Origin: Rhizophagus irregularis
Taxonomy: Eukaryota
DNA length: 64,000 bases
Direction of reading: 5' to 3'
NCBI RefSeq assembly: GCF_026210795.1
Contig: NC_089429.1
Coordinates: forward strand, 2,728,001-2,792,000
Position numbers and translations under genes: made by a program. The notes under the pieces are model-generated. The model was not told the origin of the DNA. It did not search any database and worked only from the letters and a program-made list of their open reading frames with translations. Numbering within the stretch: the stretch's first letter is position 1; each line of letters starts with the position of its first letter. Below, piece by piece: positions 1 through 14,472 of this stretch.

Positions 1-44
1 TAAACCTCTTGGAACGGAGGGTTCGTTATATCCAGAGTTGACTG
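1..44. mobile_element. Right end of a Tc1/mariner-type element cut by the window edge
   Basis: Ends GAGTTGACTG+TA, the same terminal decamer as the 913-1873 MITE, but with a different subterminal sequence. Confidence 0.6.
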
Positions 45-549
45 TATATAACTTTATAAAAAAGGTCTTTACATTATTTTTTACTGTAATTTTATTATTA
101 ACATTATTTTAATGTTATTATCAAAATAAAAGTATAAAGTAATATTAGATTAGCTTTAAAAGTAATGTTAATGTTATAAATATGTAATTTACAACCTTTT
201 TTAAATAACTTTGCTTAACCTCAAAACTTTTTAAAAAAACACTTGATTTCCAAAATAATATCAATATACTGTATCATAAAACTCTTCAAAAAAAAAAATA
301 ATAACATTTAGTATTATCATAAAACTACAATAAATACAATTAAAATTAAATATATAAACTGAAATGAAATATGAAATACTAAGTATTAACATACCACAAA
401 AAAGAATAGAGAAAGAGTGAAAGATAGGAAGAGTGAAAGATAAAATAAATTATACCAGATAAAAGTGCTGATTAGCCAATCAAAAGTTGACTGGTTCAGA
501 ATAAGTGTCTGGACCAGTAGATTAGGTTAAGGATGACTGGCTCTATAGC

Positions 550-814
550 CAGTGTTGTCATAGGGACGGGACATGTCCATGGACGGGATGGGACAGAACA
601 GTCCAGGACACGTCCAAAGATTTTAGCAATGTCTAGGACATTTGGGACATTAAAATCACGTGATCTCAAATATAAATTATAACCCATTAGGTGTTGTCTT
701 GTTAAGACAAATTGTAAACTTGGACAATTTTTGGACGGGACATAGACGGGACATAGATGGGACAATGTCCAGGACATTAAAATTTTGGCATGACATGTCC
801 CATATACAACACTG
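550..814. mobile_element. hAT-type MITE
   Basis: TIR CAGTGTTGT/ACAACACTG; 8-bp flanks TCTATAGC and TCCGTAGC (differ at one CpG); internal GGACA/TGTCC subterminal motifs. Confidence 0.75.
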
Positions 815-912
815 TCCGTAGCGATCTTCCTAACATGTGTAACTTCGTTTTAAGCCTATGTTCACTTTATGTAATATTAGTGCATAAAGATGCATAATTT
901 CCTTATATAGTA

Positions 913-1873
913 CAGTCAACTCCCTCTATAGTCACTTCCGTTATAGTCACATTCTACTATATAGTCACACCAGTTGAATGTTCAAAACACTTTATTATTA
1001 AAATCTATCCTATATAGTCACAATCTATCTATAGTCACTAACACACCTATCCTCAAAAATCTTATATTAAAAAGAACCGTTTATAATCACAGTTATATAA
1101 AGAATATATTAAATAACTTGGCATCTAATAATCGTACAAAGATGTACCATAGCTTGTTAGAATCGTCTCACTGAGACGAATCGAATGGTGGTAGTTTTAT
1201 CCTTTTACGATCACTGGCTGATGAGTTATTCAACAAAATGTTAAGCATCGGCATTATTATATTCCTTGATTTACGTTTACTGCGCCATTTAACATTTTGC
1301 TAAATATCTCGGTACCTAGTGATTGTAAAAAGACGATTAATAGCTCGTTGGAATCGCCTCATCAAGACGAATCTAATGGTGGTAAGCTCATCTCTCTATG
1401 ATCAATATTGACGGAGTTACTACTTAAAAACTATTTAATATTTTTTAATTTCGGAAATTGATCTAGTGATTGGATTTCGATGTATTTTATACCATTAGAT
1501 TCGTCGCATCAAGACGAATCGAATGGTAGTAAGATCGTCTCTCTAGGATCAATGTTGGCAGAGTTATTACACAAAAACCATTAATATTTTTTTAATTTCG
1601 GAAATTAATCTAGTGATTGGATTTCGATGTATTTTATACCATTAGAACCGTCTCATCAAGACGAATCGAATGGCGGTAAGATCATCTCTCTACGATTAAT
1701 ATTGGAGGAGTTACGATACAATAAAGTTTTAAGTATAATTTTGGCCAAAATTATGTTAATTTTTGGCCGGAATTATGATATACTAATATAAGAAATTTTT
1801 TATATAGTCACATCTCTTTATAATCACCAAATATGGACTGTTCCAAATGTGTGACTATAAAGAGAGTTGACTG
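913..1873. mobile_element. Tc1/mariner(pogo)-type MITE, 961 bp, copy 1
   Basis: 23-bp TIR CAGTCAACTC(C/T)CT(C/T)TATAGTCAC, TA on both sides, TATAGTCAC subterminal repeats, four internal palindromic cassettes; near-identical inverted copy at 37780-38740. Confidence 0.92.
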
Positions 1874-2108
1874 TATATATGTTACATAAAGTAAACATAG
1901 GCTTAAATCGAAGCTACATATGACAGGAAAATCGTTACAGAGCTAGAATTATGGTATTAGAATACAGTTATAATTTTAGTAAAAATTTTAATTTTGGTCA
2001 CGTGATATTATAACAGCCAATCAGAATTTTGGAATAGTTTTAGCATTTCGGAATTAAGTATTTTTCCTAAATTAATTTTACCATTTCAGTTTCGGCAAAT
2101 GGTAAAAT

Positions 2109-2912
2109 TAAAGCTCCTAATGGTTTAGACTAAACTGGAGAACTAATCGAAACTGGCTCAAAATTCGGTTCAGTTCAGTTCAGGTATTAGAACTGAAAAA
2201 CTGGCAGTTCAGTTCAGTTTAAGGGGAGAGTGTAATCACGTGACTTTTAATTGATTATCATGGCGCAAAAATTTTTTTGTGCTATTCAAAACGTCCATGT
2301 CTAATAAAACATTTGTAAATTACTAAATATTAAAAAAAATATATTATTTTCTTACCTTTTGGAACTTGAAAGTTTACCAGATATAGTTTTATTTTATTTA
2401 GACCTAAATATTATATTTTGGAGAAAATATCAAAATAAGTTCCAAAAAGGTTGCGAATCGCTTAGTGAAAGTTTAGAATCTCTCTACTAAAACATAATAT
2501 TATTTTTTTAACAAAAGCATTTTATCCAGTGGTCATATATAGACAAATTTATATTCATTGGATTCATCTCACTGAGATGCATCGAATGACGCTAAGATCA
2601 TGTCTCTAGTATTGATAGATAGCTTGATAATTTCAATTATTAATAAATCATTTAGCGCGAATTAATGTGTGATCTATCAATGCTAGAGACATAATCTTAT
2701 CACAATTTGACGCATCTCGTCAAAACAAATCCAATAATATATAGATCAACTTTGTACGATCACTAGATGAACAGCTATTCAATTTTTCGCATTTTTATAA
2801 AAATCAGATTGAACTGAACTGAACTGCCAGTTTTTTGGTTCAGTTCTTACGGATTTCAGTTTTAATCTGAACCATCTATAATCTAGACCAAACTAACCCA
2901 TTCAGAGCTTTA
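2109..2912. mobile_element. hAT-type MITE
   Basis: Ends TAAAGCTC/GAGCTTTA; perfect 8-bp TSD GGTAAAAT (2101-2108, 2913-2920); inverted subterminal (GTTCA)n/(TGAAC)n arrays. Confidence 0.8.
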
Positions 2913-3226
2913 GGTAAAATTCCCTAATTTCAGGAAGCAGCTTTATATATAGTCTCCTAAAGAGTAATTAAAGTAAAAATAAAAAACTAAAATAAAGAAG
3001 ATTATCAGTACACTAACACTCCTTAGATCATTCCCTGTGTTATATTTCAAGCATAGTAGATGCAATTATACTGATCAGACAACGAAAAGTGCATCCATTA
3101 TAAAAATCGATATCCAGTTCTGCTAGAAGAGCAGTTATCTGATAGCACCGTTAGATGACCTAGAAAATCTGAAAAGTGATTAAACCAATTTAATTCTTGA
3201 ACGATCAAATTCTTAATCCAATTCTT

Positions 3227-3688
3227 CACAGGTCGAAAAATAAAAAATCAGGCATCAATCAGTCACTAATCAGGCAGTTTGCTAACTTTTGATCCAGTAA
3301 TCAAAAAAGAATAAAATATAGCTCATTGGAATCGTCTCAACAAGAAGAATCTAATGGTAGTAAAATTACATCTCTAGAATTAATAGTTAATAAAAAATTA
3401 AATAAAATATAAATGATACATTTTTATTTTTATATTTTACTTAATTCTTATCAAGTATTAATTCTAGAAATGCAATTTTACTACCATTAGATTCGTTTTG
3501 TTGAAACAATTCCAATGAGCTATATTTCATCTTTTTTTGATTATTGAATCAAAAGTTAGAAAACTGCCTAATTGGTGACGATATTTGGTGAAAATGCTAA
3601 TTAGTCACCAATCAGTCACCAATCAGTTATCTGATTGGTGACTGATTTGTGACTGATTGATACCTGATTTTTCACTTTTCGACCTGTG
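3227..3688. mobile_element. CACTA/CMC-type MITE, almost fully palindromic
   Basis: ~40-bp TIR CACAGGTCGAAAA..TCAGTCAC; 3-bp TSD CTT on both sides. Confidence 0.85.
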
Positions 3689-3715
3689 CTTGTCAGTATC
3701 ACGTGATGGCTCGAT

Positions 3716-4480
3716 TTAGGTTAGAGGTGATAAAGTAGAAACGGGCAAATACAGTATATATGAGGACTTAGGCAAATTAGAAGGCTTTGAGTGGATTTTA
3801 AAAGTAGTAGAAATATTGACAGAAGTTCCCAGTGACTTTTTCATAGTTACGGGCATTCCAAACACGTTTGCACAACTTGCGAATAAAGTTATTATGTATA
3901 GTAGAGATAACTTTATATATAGAAGAACGTGGCACTGCCAGGTCAGAAAAAATATTGGAAAATAGTGTAGAATAAAACCATGCATAAGACCATGAGCAGA
4001 CCAACTTGTGGAAGAAAAGGTCTAACAGAGTAGTTGCGATAAACGTGTAAGATGCAGAGCAGGATCCACTTTATTAGCTTCACAGACTGCATCTTTAATT
4101 TTCTGGGAAAGATGATTTTGATATGAGGAGAGAATTGATTGCATGATTTGACAATGATTTTTACACATATAAATATGTGTCAAATCTTTGTATCATTGGA
4201 GGCAAGAACGTCATAATAAATTATCAATATATAAATCAGGCCACAAAATTTTTAATTTTTCCAGGATAGGTAAGTCATCCAGCAAAAGTTGAATTTAAAT
4301 GCGGAATGATGAGCTAAATTATCCATGGTATAAGACGTATTATTGATCGGATCATAAGCTAAAGTTTTCCAAGTAAGATCCCAATCAACGCATGTATATA
4401 TCAATTTGTTGTGATAAAATATTGGTGAAGCGAAAGCTGAAAAGACTAGCAAGCTGAGACATAAACCGTGAGTGGGCAGC
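3716..4480 (-). mobile_element. Degenerate non-LTR retrotransposon (LINE) 3' fragment, zf-RVT-like region
   Basis: Minus-strand translation VDWDLTWKTL..HSAFKF..WPDLY..SC..DLTHIYMC with stops and frameshifts, typical of the C-terminus of LINE RT proteins. Confidence 0.6.
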
Positions 4481-5903
4481 TTACAAATTTTCCCTTTAAG
4501 AAGATTACCTGACCAACTTCAAAATCTTAATTGTTGTTTTAATATTCTAATCTGAAGGTATAAATACCTTAATTTTTAAGTAGATAACCTTGGCTGGATC
4601 GTCACTATCAGTTCTTGTAATACCTGTGATCTTTTTGACAGTATATTCTTGAGTCAATTGCTCATAAACATAACAAAAAGTTGCAAGTTTTATGAGCATT
4701 ATTATTTTTTTTTTGGATTTAGAATTTTTTATTTATCAAAGATGTACGTAAATACAAGTAAAATTTTTCTTTTTTTTCTCAAGGTAAAAACTTCTAAATT
4801 TCTTATCCTGTGTACGTGAATTTTGTTCTTTCTCAGACTAAATAATAATATTTCTTTCATACTATTCACTTTTTTTTCCCAAAACTAAGTAAGCAGAGGT
4901 AATTTATATACTGTACAAGTTATTTTCGTGTAAATAATTATGAGAAATTACAGATTATTTACATAGTTAACGTTGTGTTATTAGAGAAGTGCAAAATAGA
5001 GGTCAAACGTGAAAAGTTCTTCATGCATGAGATGTTCAGAAAAGATTATGTATATATCTCATATGAGAGAACTCATTGTGTCATGATTTGATCATAAAAT
5101 TCCGTTTTTTTCCTAATATAAACATCCAAGTGTTTCCCATAAAAAACGTTAGTAGAATTTAAATTTATTTGTTGTAATTTTGTATATTACGAATTTTATT
5201 TTAATTTCTTACTTATTTAGTTTTAATTAAATTTACTATTTATTAATTTAAAAATTTTTTTTAAAAAATATAAATAAGACACGAATTCACAAGGAGGGTA
5301 GGTTCTATAATCGATTAGGAGTAGGAGTAGTAGTAGGAATAGTATTAGGATTATTAAATAGATTAATTAAATAGATTAATTAAATAGATTACTAAATAGA
5401 TTAATAGATTAAAGAGTATACCTGGCAAGTGTTTTGATGATCTTTCAATACTACATCACAGAAATTATACCTTTTTTATTAAAAACACTAACATGATAAA
5501 GTATAACACACACAAACCATACATAATAGGATAATAGAAAAAAAATAGTAGCTGTTTTCTATACTACGATAAATTGATAATACTGATCGGATTAAATTAC
5601 TGTTATAGTTCTTGATAAGAAAACTGGGGTTAAAAATCTTAATATATACATGATTTCCTCAAGAATTATGCGAAGATCAATGTTCAATAAAATTTTCGTA
5701 ACAGCATTTAATCATATGTAATTTATTCTTTCATAACATTTATATTTCATTAACCAATATTAATATTAATCAAGTTACATATTATATAAATTTCCGTTTT
5801 GTGTTATGGCTGGACTCCTGGTATATTCAATTGGGTCAAGATTATTAATAATAATTTTATTTAATAAATATTAATAAATATTCTTAATTAAAATATTACA
5901 TTC

Positions 5904-8900
5904 TTAATCATTTTTCTCCCTTTTCTTTTCTTCTTTTTCTTCATCTTCAGGTATAATAACTTTTCCAACTAAAACTTCACTTAATAAAAATAATAAAATC
6001 ATAAACAAAACAAATAAACTACTAATAACAAAATGACTTATAGTAGTACCGATTTCTAACCAACTACCATCATCCCTAACCAAGTAGAAAAAATTTAAAG
6101 TCATAATATCAGATATTGATAATACTAGTAAAAATAAACTAAACGGTGATAATCTAATTGATTTGTTTAATATATAAAATACTGATGATACGATAAAAAA
6201 AGGTATTAATATTTTTAATAATAATAATCCTCCCATTAAGAACGGATTAAATATTGTTGTAAGTCTATAAACACTTTGTAATGAAAATGAACTCAAACTT
6301 GCTACATTTCCTGTACCAAAAAATCCTACTTTAATAAAAAATAAAAATATCAATGAAATTCTTGAATCTCTCATTTCTAATTTACGATGGCTTTCTTGTT
6401 CTTGTTGTTTTTGTTTTGATTGTTCAAATAAAAATAATTTACGTTCAATTTCTAACCAAAGCAAAACTGTTTGTGTTAAGAAATAATAAAATAATACTTC
6501 ATACGAAATACTGAGTATAACAAATAATGGTGCAAATGCTAAAAAAAGTGTTGTAAGTCTTTTTAAATAGTGTTGTTTTCTTCTCAATCCATAAAAGAAT
6601 GGCGTTGCCGTGGAAATAGCTGTTTTAAAGAAACATTTGCTCAATAATAATCCATTAATCCAATTCAAGATAAAAATGCATACTTACCTAATATTATCCA
6701 GGCAGCATATTGGTTTAAAATCGGAAGACCAACTCTCCATTTCAATTTATTTGTCGTATCATAAACTATTATAATACTCAAAGCCACCAATAATAACTAT
6801 AAATAATGTAGAAGATTAGATAATAAATAAAAATTGTAAGTTTATATAAGGTTGAATTCTTACCTGAAATATTATCATTGTCTTTGAATCAGAATCGTTT
6901 CCTATTATATATTTAGAACTTTTAACCATCGAATTGATTCCTGTAATGAGAATCAAGATTCCACCATAAACCCTAAAAGGAATTCAAGAAAATATTCTAG
7001 AATCACAAAAAAAGTAAAGAAAAATATTGTATTAATAAACAATCAAATTTAAAAGATACTTACACCAACAAAATATCTTCTCCTTTTTCCACAGGCAATA
7101 ATGTAAAAATACTCGATGCCAAACATGATATTGACCAATAAAGCAAAAGTAATTTATTTTCGGATCGAAAACTTGATGGCATGATTAGTGGCCATAATAC
7201 TCCCAATACAAAACACCCGCTCAAAATGCTACGTTCAAAATAACTGTATACCTATAAGAAAAAAAAATAGATAAATCATTATTTTATTTAAGACATGTGT
7301 ATATATTAGAATTCACTTACGAAAATTTCCAACGCAATAATATGTCCAATTATGTATCCTGCAAGTATAAAAGGACTTCGCGACCCTAAAGCTAATTTAC
7401 AACTTTCCGTGAAGGTTTCATAATCTAGCAAACTGTTCCAACAAAAATAAACAGCAAATATTACGTATGTGTAATATGTTGCAGGTGATCCTTGTATGTA
7501 CATTATTGACATTAATATAGTTAAAGATATTATAGCTAGTATGTTAACCTAAATAAAATTACAAAATTAATTAATATTTGAAGACAATTAAATATTAATA
7601 ATAAATTAAGAACGTACATATTTAGCTATTCGATCAGAATGTCTATTTGAACTATTATTGTTCGGTAAGCAATATTCTTTTAAAGTGTGTTTTAAACTAT
7701 AAAAAATCCAACCCAGATATCCAACCGTCACGATAGATCTTAACATTAGCCAATCATACCTATAAGATAAAAGTTTTTAGTAACAACAACTCGACGAGGA
7801 TAAATAAAATCACAAACACAAATCTTAAAGATATTTACGTTTGGAAATATCTCAATCCTTCCAGAGACAATTGTATCAAAATTTCACACATGATTTCAGC
7901 TTCTTCATATTGTTCAGTATCAATAAGTTCCTGAATTTTACTTAGTAATATTTCCCTATTATGAGTAGAATTGCTGAGTGGTGCAAATGGCTTAAACATT
8001 ATTTCCGTTCTTTTCTTTAATTCTAATATAAAATAAAAAATAATTTATACTTTCTTAAAATATGCTTTCTAATTAAAAATAAATTATATATGCTTACCAT
8101 ATTTAACTTGATACTGTTCAGATATTTCTTTAGCATTGACAAATAAACTTTGTGCTTTAAATAAAGGTGTATTATTAAGATATACTAAAGGTAATTCTCC
8201 TACAGAATTGACTGGATAATTAATTCCGATTAGGGAAGCCTATTGATGGATGTACTTGTTAAATGAATAAAATTTTTAATTATAATAAAGATGTTTGGAT
8301 TACAACACAACATACCATAAACGGAGCAATATCTGCTTGTAAAACATCATTTCGCTGAACTTCATTTAAATACCAATCAGCAGAAAATTCATCATGCCCA
8401 GTTGGATGTGTCTTATTAGGTTTATTCACGCCAGCGCCCCATGCAATTATCGGAGTACGCGTGTTATCTGGATGTCCATCTCCATGATTGCCTAAATTGT
8501 GAAATCTTAAGAAAATTTTTCTTCGAATAATTAGGTTAATTAATCTTTAATGATCCCACCTCTATTACTCATCCCGTGATCTGCAGTAAAAACGTAAGAT
8601 GTTTTTCCATCATGTCCATAATATTCTTCAATTAGTCTAACAGCCTTGTTTATTCCCTCATCAACAACTTTAATATTATCTATATACTCTTTAGAATGGG
8701 GACCATAAACATGTCCATTTGTATCCAATCCCAATAAATGTAAAAATATAACAATTTGGTCATCATGAAGTTGCTGATATAATTTAGCATTAGATGATGA
8801 ATTTGTAAAAAGTTGAGCTAATTGATCAAATACCCAAATATCCAACTCCTTCGCATCTAATAATATATGTATATATAAATTGTTCTAGTTTAAAAAAATC

Positions 8901-9711
8901 AAAAAAAAAAATATATATCAGACTATAAAAAATATTTCTTTTTACCCTTAGCAAAATTTTCAGATTCATGACCATACATAAAAGTTTCAACTTTATCAGG
9001 ATCTGAAGCTCCATCGGCAAACATTGGCAATATGTCAGGTGATCCAAATGACCATGTATGTCTGCTTTGATTGAAGACTGAATCAAATTCTACGGGATTA
9101 GATTTCCATCCTAATCAATTAATGAATAAGTTAATAAATTCACAATAAGATATTTAATTAAATTAACAATTAAAAAAAACTTCTTTTTTATAAAACCTTT
9201 AGTTACAGCACTGACATCTTCATAGAATCCTGCAATAAGAGCAACATGTCCGGGTCTCGATTCTGTAGGTACTCGAGTATGGGAAACTCCAAAAGTACCA
9301 TGGTTCAAAATGATATCTCTCAAAAACGGTGCTTTTGTGATTGGTTGATCTGATTCATCCGAATAAAGCTGATATAATTTGTCTGCTCTTAATCCATCAC
9401 CTAAAATATCCTTTTAATATACAATCTTGGTGTATTTATCGAAACAAGTATAATTTTACAAAATTATAACAATTTACCTATTATAAGCACAAGTCTATTC
9501 GCTGGTGGTGGTAAGTCAACCTGTTGTAATGTAATTATTAAAAATATAAATAAATAAAAATAACAGTTTATAATACAATAACTACCTTATGTGTCGTCAT
9601 TCCATGCACCAGAGGCGAAGTAAAATATATATCAAATATACTCCATATGTATGCCACGTGAAAAATTATTCCTATAAATAAAATATTTCTTGAAGTTGCA
9701 AGGTTTGTCAT
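5904..9711 (-). CDS. MCD4: GPI ethanolamine phosphate transferase 1 (Mcd4/PIG-N), multi-exon
   Basis: ATG at 9711; [90 protein letters not shown]; canonical GT-AG introns. Confidence 0.97.
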
Positions 9712-10093
9712 AACTATATGAAATTTATGGAGAAAAGATCAAATTTTACGCTTACGCCTATTTATAGTCAATTTTTTTAAAGGACTAATGTGTTTGGATT
9801 TGATTGGTGGATAAAAAAAACTAAATTTCATAATTTTTTTTTTCGTTTCTGGACATTTTTTGGTTTAAAAAAAAAAATGATGAATTTTACGATCCTTTTT
9901 GAAACTAGAGATTCGATGATATATTACAGTACCAATTATTTATAAAATCAAAAAAATTAACGAAATATTTTGTGATAAGGATTATGATTTTAACTTTATT
10001 ATTTTATTAATTAAAACAAACATTTTTTTTAATACTTATTATTAAATTAGATATTCTAGGATTTACTACTTTTCAGTCATGAAATTATTTTTA

Positions 10094-10647
10094 TCACTTG
10101 TCATGAAAAATTTCACCTTTGTCAGTTTCAGTATAAATTTCTTTCTCGTTAATAGTTTGTTCGGGCCCTTCTTCATCGAGTACTCTAGCAAGAGGGACTA
10201 TTGGTAATTTCAAACCAACCCGATTTGCTGTCAATTCAATACGTTTTTCTACAGAATATCCATGAGCTGGATTGTTTAATTCCAAGAGCTCCTTAAATAT
10301 ATGTGGTTTTTTTTAATTAATTATGTAAAACGATGATTTAAAACCAAATTTTACTTACATTATATTTTCGGCTACTTCTCAAGAAACATAATATATCTAG
10401 CGCGTATTTGGTCGAATTTTCAATCTCTTCTTTATTTGATAAGTCGCGATTTTTTTGATATGTACTTATTACTTCTTCTCTCCATAATTTATTATTATTC
10501 CGATATGTGAACTTTCATTGTGAATAAAAGAAATTTTTTAATAAAATTTTCATGGGAAATCATGAGATTTTTTTTTTTAAATACCTGCTTGTCAACTTCT
10601 TTTAATAATTGGCGATACGTTGACAAAATTAACTGTTTACTGCTCAT
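10094..10647 (-). CDS. FMC1: Mitochondrial ATP synthase assembly factor FMC1-like (LYR family), 3 exons
   Basis: Spliced MSSKQLILSTYRQLLKEVDKQ|FTYRNNNKLWREE..FLRSSRKYN|ELLELNNPAHGYSVEKRIELTANRVGLKLP; LYR-like N-terminus and Fmc1-type C-terminal motif. Confidence 0.85.
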
Positions 10648-10753
10648 TTTTTTTTAAAAAAAAAAATTTTCCAACGATCATGTCACGTTCTTATATGGGA
10701 TCGACAATGCATAATCGATAAATTTCACAGGCTTTTCCAAATGTTTGAAAAAA

Positions 10754-11750
10754 ATGTTACCGAAATCGATAAGTTATCTACGCGTACTAAAAGTATCTTA
10801 TATAAAATTAAGTTCTTCTATCTATTCAACAAATATTTATAAAAGAAAATATTCTTTATCAACATTGTCAAAATCAATAACGCAAACGAGAACACAAACA
10901 CGAAAACTCTTTCCTTTAACCAGAATTGTTAAAGATTTTTCATTTATATTTCCTTTATTTAATACTATAAAAAGATCAATATCTAGTTTAGATACTCCGA
11001 AAGAGATAGAACAAGCTGAACGATGGTTAAAAAAATTTACAAAAGAAAAAATTCCAAAAGGTAAAAAATTATTTATTCATTAATGCGATTCTTATTTTGT
11101 TTTTCTTTACATTAAAAAAAGAATTTGATTTTGTTAGATTTGATAACATTTACTTTTGCACGGAGTAGTGGACCTGGAGGACAAAATGTGAATAAAGGTA
11201 AATTAATAATATTTCAGTTTTTTTTAATATTCATCTTTCATTTAATGTTTAATCTTTTCTTATTCAAAGTTAATACAAAGGTTGATATGAGATTTAATTT
11301 AAATGAAGCAACATGGATACCAGAATACGCTAGGAAAAAACTAGCAATTCAAGTAAATTCCTTTTAATTATAATAATACATATCCTCCAACAATAAACTG
11401 ACCATATTTTAAAAAATAGGAAGCAAGTCGACTTAATAAAAAGGGAGAATTCATGATAACTTCAGATAAATCCCGTTCTCAAGTTAAAAACATTGAAGAT
11501 TGTGTTGATAAATTGTATGAAATTATTTTGAAAGCTGCTGAAATACCAAAAGCCCCAAGTGAAGAAACCCTGAAAAGAATCGAACAATTGTATGTATAAT
11601 AATATTTAAAAAAAACAGATGGATAGATATGTTTTATAATTTTACTTTTAATGTATGAGCAGGAAGAAAGCTGAAAACAATAGAAGAAGAACGGACAAAC
11701 AATATAGATCAGAAAGAAAATCTTCTCGTCGCACCAAAGATTATGATTAA
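10754..11750 (+). CDS. Mitochondrial peptidyl-tRNA hydrolase ICT1/PTH4-like (RF-1 GGQ domain), 5 exons
   Basis: [40 protein letters not shown] and a basic C-tail; Ser/Arg-rich N-terminal presequence. Confidence 0.93.
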
Positions 11751-14370
11751 TACACATTTCTTATTGCAAAAACTGCAAATTGAATGTAAGCACATTAAAT
11801 CACTTTATTAACATTTTAATTAATAATGACTAATATTTTTGGTTTAAATTTTAGATTTGATAGAGATGAATAGTTGAATCTATCGGTATGACAGTTGATG
11901 AAATTATTTAATGAAAGTTTTAGTAAATAGATATTTATTAATTAGATTATACTTATTTCTATAATCTTTTGCAAACTTTGTAAAAATTGAATGTAATAAA
12001 AGTTTAGTACTTACAATCTTACATTATAAATATATTGTAATTTACTTTATCATAAATATTATTTTTATAGTTTGCTTGCAGAATTTCTCCTATTTGATAA
12101 CTTGAAATAGTTAAAACATTTTAAAAATTGAATAATAAGTAGATTATGAATAAAAGCAAATAATACTTTAAATTAAAAATAATAATAATACTTGCATTAG
12201 TTAAAATTCAAGATCTTATCATTCATTTTCATATAACAATAAAATTCATTTTTAGATATAATAAATATAAGCAATTGTTTTATTTAGATTTTGTATCATC
12301 TAAAATATTTTTAAACATAACTTATTAAATTTGTAAAAAATAGTTCTATTAAAAACTTTAAATAATAATTTATTAATAAATATAAAATTATTTTTTTATT
12401 ATTAATTTTTTATTTTAATTTTATACATTCAATAGTATTTTTTATTTAAATTGAAAAAATAAAAAAAAAGTAAAAAACTAATCAATTTATAATTAATTAA
12501 ATTAATCATTAATTATTTAATTATAATTAACTAAATTAATTGTTAATTAATCTTTATTTTAAGTAGTAAATCAAATTGGTAATAATAAACTGTAAAATAT
12601 AAATCTAATTTACTTATAAAATATATTCATGATATATACTATGTAATAACAGTAATAAAATAAATTTATAATACTGGACAAATATTAATTTTTTTTAATT
12701 TTCCTTCTTAAATATTTTTATTTCTTAATTTTAATTTATTAATTTATTATCTTTTTCAACAATTTTTTTTTTTTAAAAAGAAACCAATATTGCAAAAATT
12801 TTCGGCATCACGCGTGCTATCTGCGCAGTATCATAAAACTAATTATCCCGTGATCTAACATCGCAGTAAATTTTTGGTCGAATTCTTGATACTTGGCGCA
12901 GTATCGTGCTGGTTAGTAAGTGTCAAACTTCTTAAAAACGAGGACTGTAATGTTCTAAAAATGAGATGTAATGGTAAGAGAATTAGTAACATTACATTGC
13001 TTATTTTATCAAATTGCTAATCTCTCGAATTTACACTGTAGGTTTGAAATTACTTAGTTAAAATCGATACTTTCTATATAAATTATTCGGGCGAGAGTGA
13101 TTTAGATTGGCGAAAATTTTGTAGAAATAATTTATTTCGTGTTTGTAGAAAAAGGAGTGATATGAAAAAACGATTAGTATAGAAATTTATAAGAAACCTA
13201 TGAGAGCAAATGTGATGCTTAGACTCACATTAAATGGCCTAGGATCCACGTACTCACTCCCTCTTTGATGGCATCATATTTTGCTCGCTACTCTACCATT
13301 ATTCATATGAAAAATCGATAAAGTTTTCGTGTTTTACTTTTAATCTGTATTCGAAAAAAAATGACCGATGCTTGAATATACGTGATTGTGTACTTATAAC
13401 TTTCATATGGAACTAACTTGACTTTTTAATTATAGTAAAATATAGATGAATGACTGCGCTCGGCCGAATATCGAAGACATAACTGAAGTGTCATTGTATA
13501 CAGTGGACCATTCGAAGAAATGTGCCTACTGGCCAAAACCATCTTTATCAATGAAACACTTAAGGGTGCAAGCATCGCCACGCGACCATTCAACGATATC
13601 ACCACCCTCGATACGCTCAGACTTTCAGACCGAAACACTGATAGTTTGTGAACGCGTAGCTGAAAAACGAGTTGAAAAAATGAAAACGAAAACTGATTTA
13701 TCTGATGTCACATAATCACATGAACACATGATGATACTGCGCCAGTATTTTTTAATGAAAAAGTCATACGATAAAAAGAAAGTAGATTATTTTTCAAATC
13801 AATTGAACTTTATTCCAAAATAGTAAAATGTAATCAATATTAATTCAAATATAACAGATAATAAATAAATTTATGTCAAAATCCACCCTTGTTTCAACTC
13901 CCGCATGATTTACATGGATTAAATTATCATGTGATCGACGAAAAACACTTTCGTTTGTAAATTACCGTTTGTAAATTAACCGATTAAAGTTTATTTTGAA
14001 TAAAATGACAAATGATAATTAATATAATGATATATGTATGTAGTATAAAAAAAAAAGATTTATAGTTTCATTACGTTATTGATAAAGAAATCAATTGAAT
14101 AAGAATTGAATAAGCTTACTAACATTTGATCATTATAATAATCACGTAATATTAAATGATTACAGGTTTTTTTTTCAAGATAATCCCCCTTATAAATCCG
14201 ACTTTGTTTTTTTTAAGAATAATGCAAAGTGATTATGAATGACCGATCATAACATTAATCGTTTTAACAATAAATAACTTTAATTATTATAGTTTAAAAA
14301 ATATTCCCGATCTTTACTATATTTTTAATATCTTATATTTCCGGAATCTAGATAGGAATGATAGATTTGA

Positions 14371-14472
14371 ACATGATACAATACATGATACAATACATGA
14401 TACAATTACATGATACAATACATGATACAATACATGATACAATTACATGATACAATGAATTATAATACATGA
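14371..14472. repeat. 12-13 bp minisatellite (ACATGATACAAT[T])n
   Basis: About 7-8 directly visible tandem copies. Confidence 0.9.

Larger units (their letters stand above)
537..1946. mobile_element. Short foldback element hosting two nested MITEs
   Basis: After removing the 550-814 insert, the left arm CTGGCTC..TAGCGATCTTCCTAACATGTGTAACTTCGTTTTAAGCCTATGTTCACTTTATGTAA (to ~875) is an imperfect reverse complement of 1880-1946. Confidence 0.65.

Noticed and set aside
974..1174. Duplicated 66-aa ORF (also 38479-38679)
   Set aside because: Incidental TTG-start ORF inside the two MITE copies.
12800..13745. Possible TIR element (GGCGCAGTATC / GATACTGCGCC) and ORFs at 13426-13715
   Set aside because: Only a ~12-bp match, no TSD found, and the ORFs are unrecognisable.
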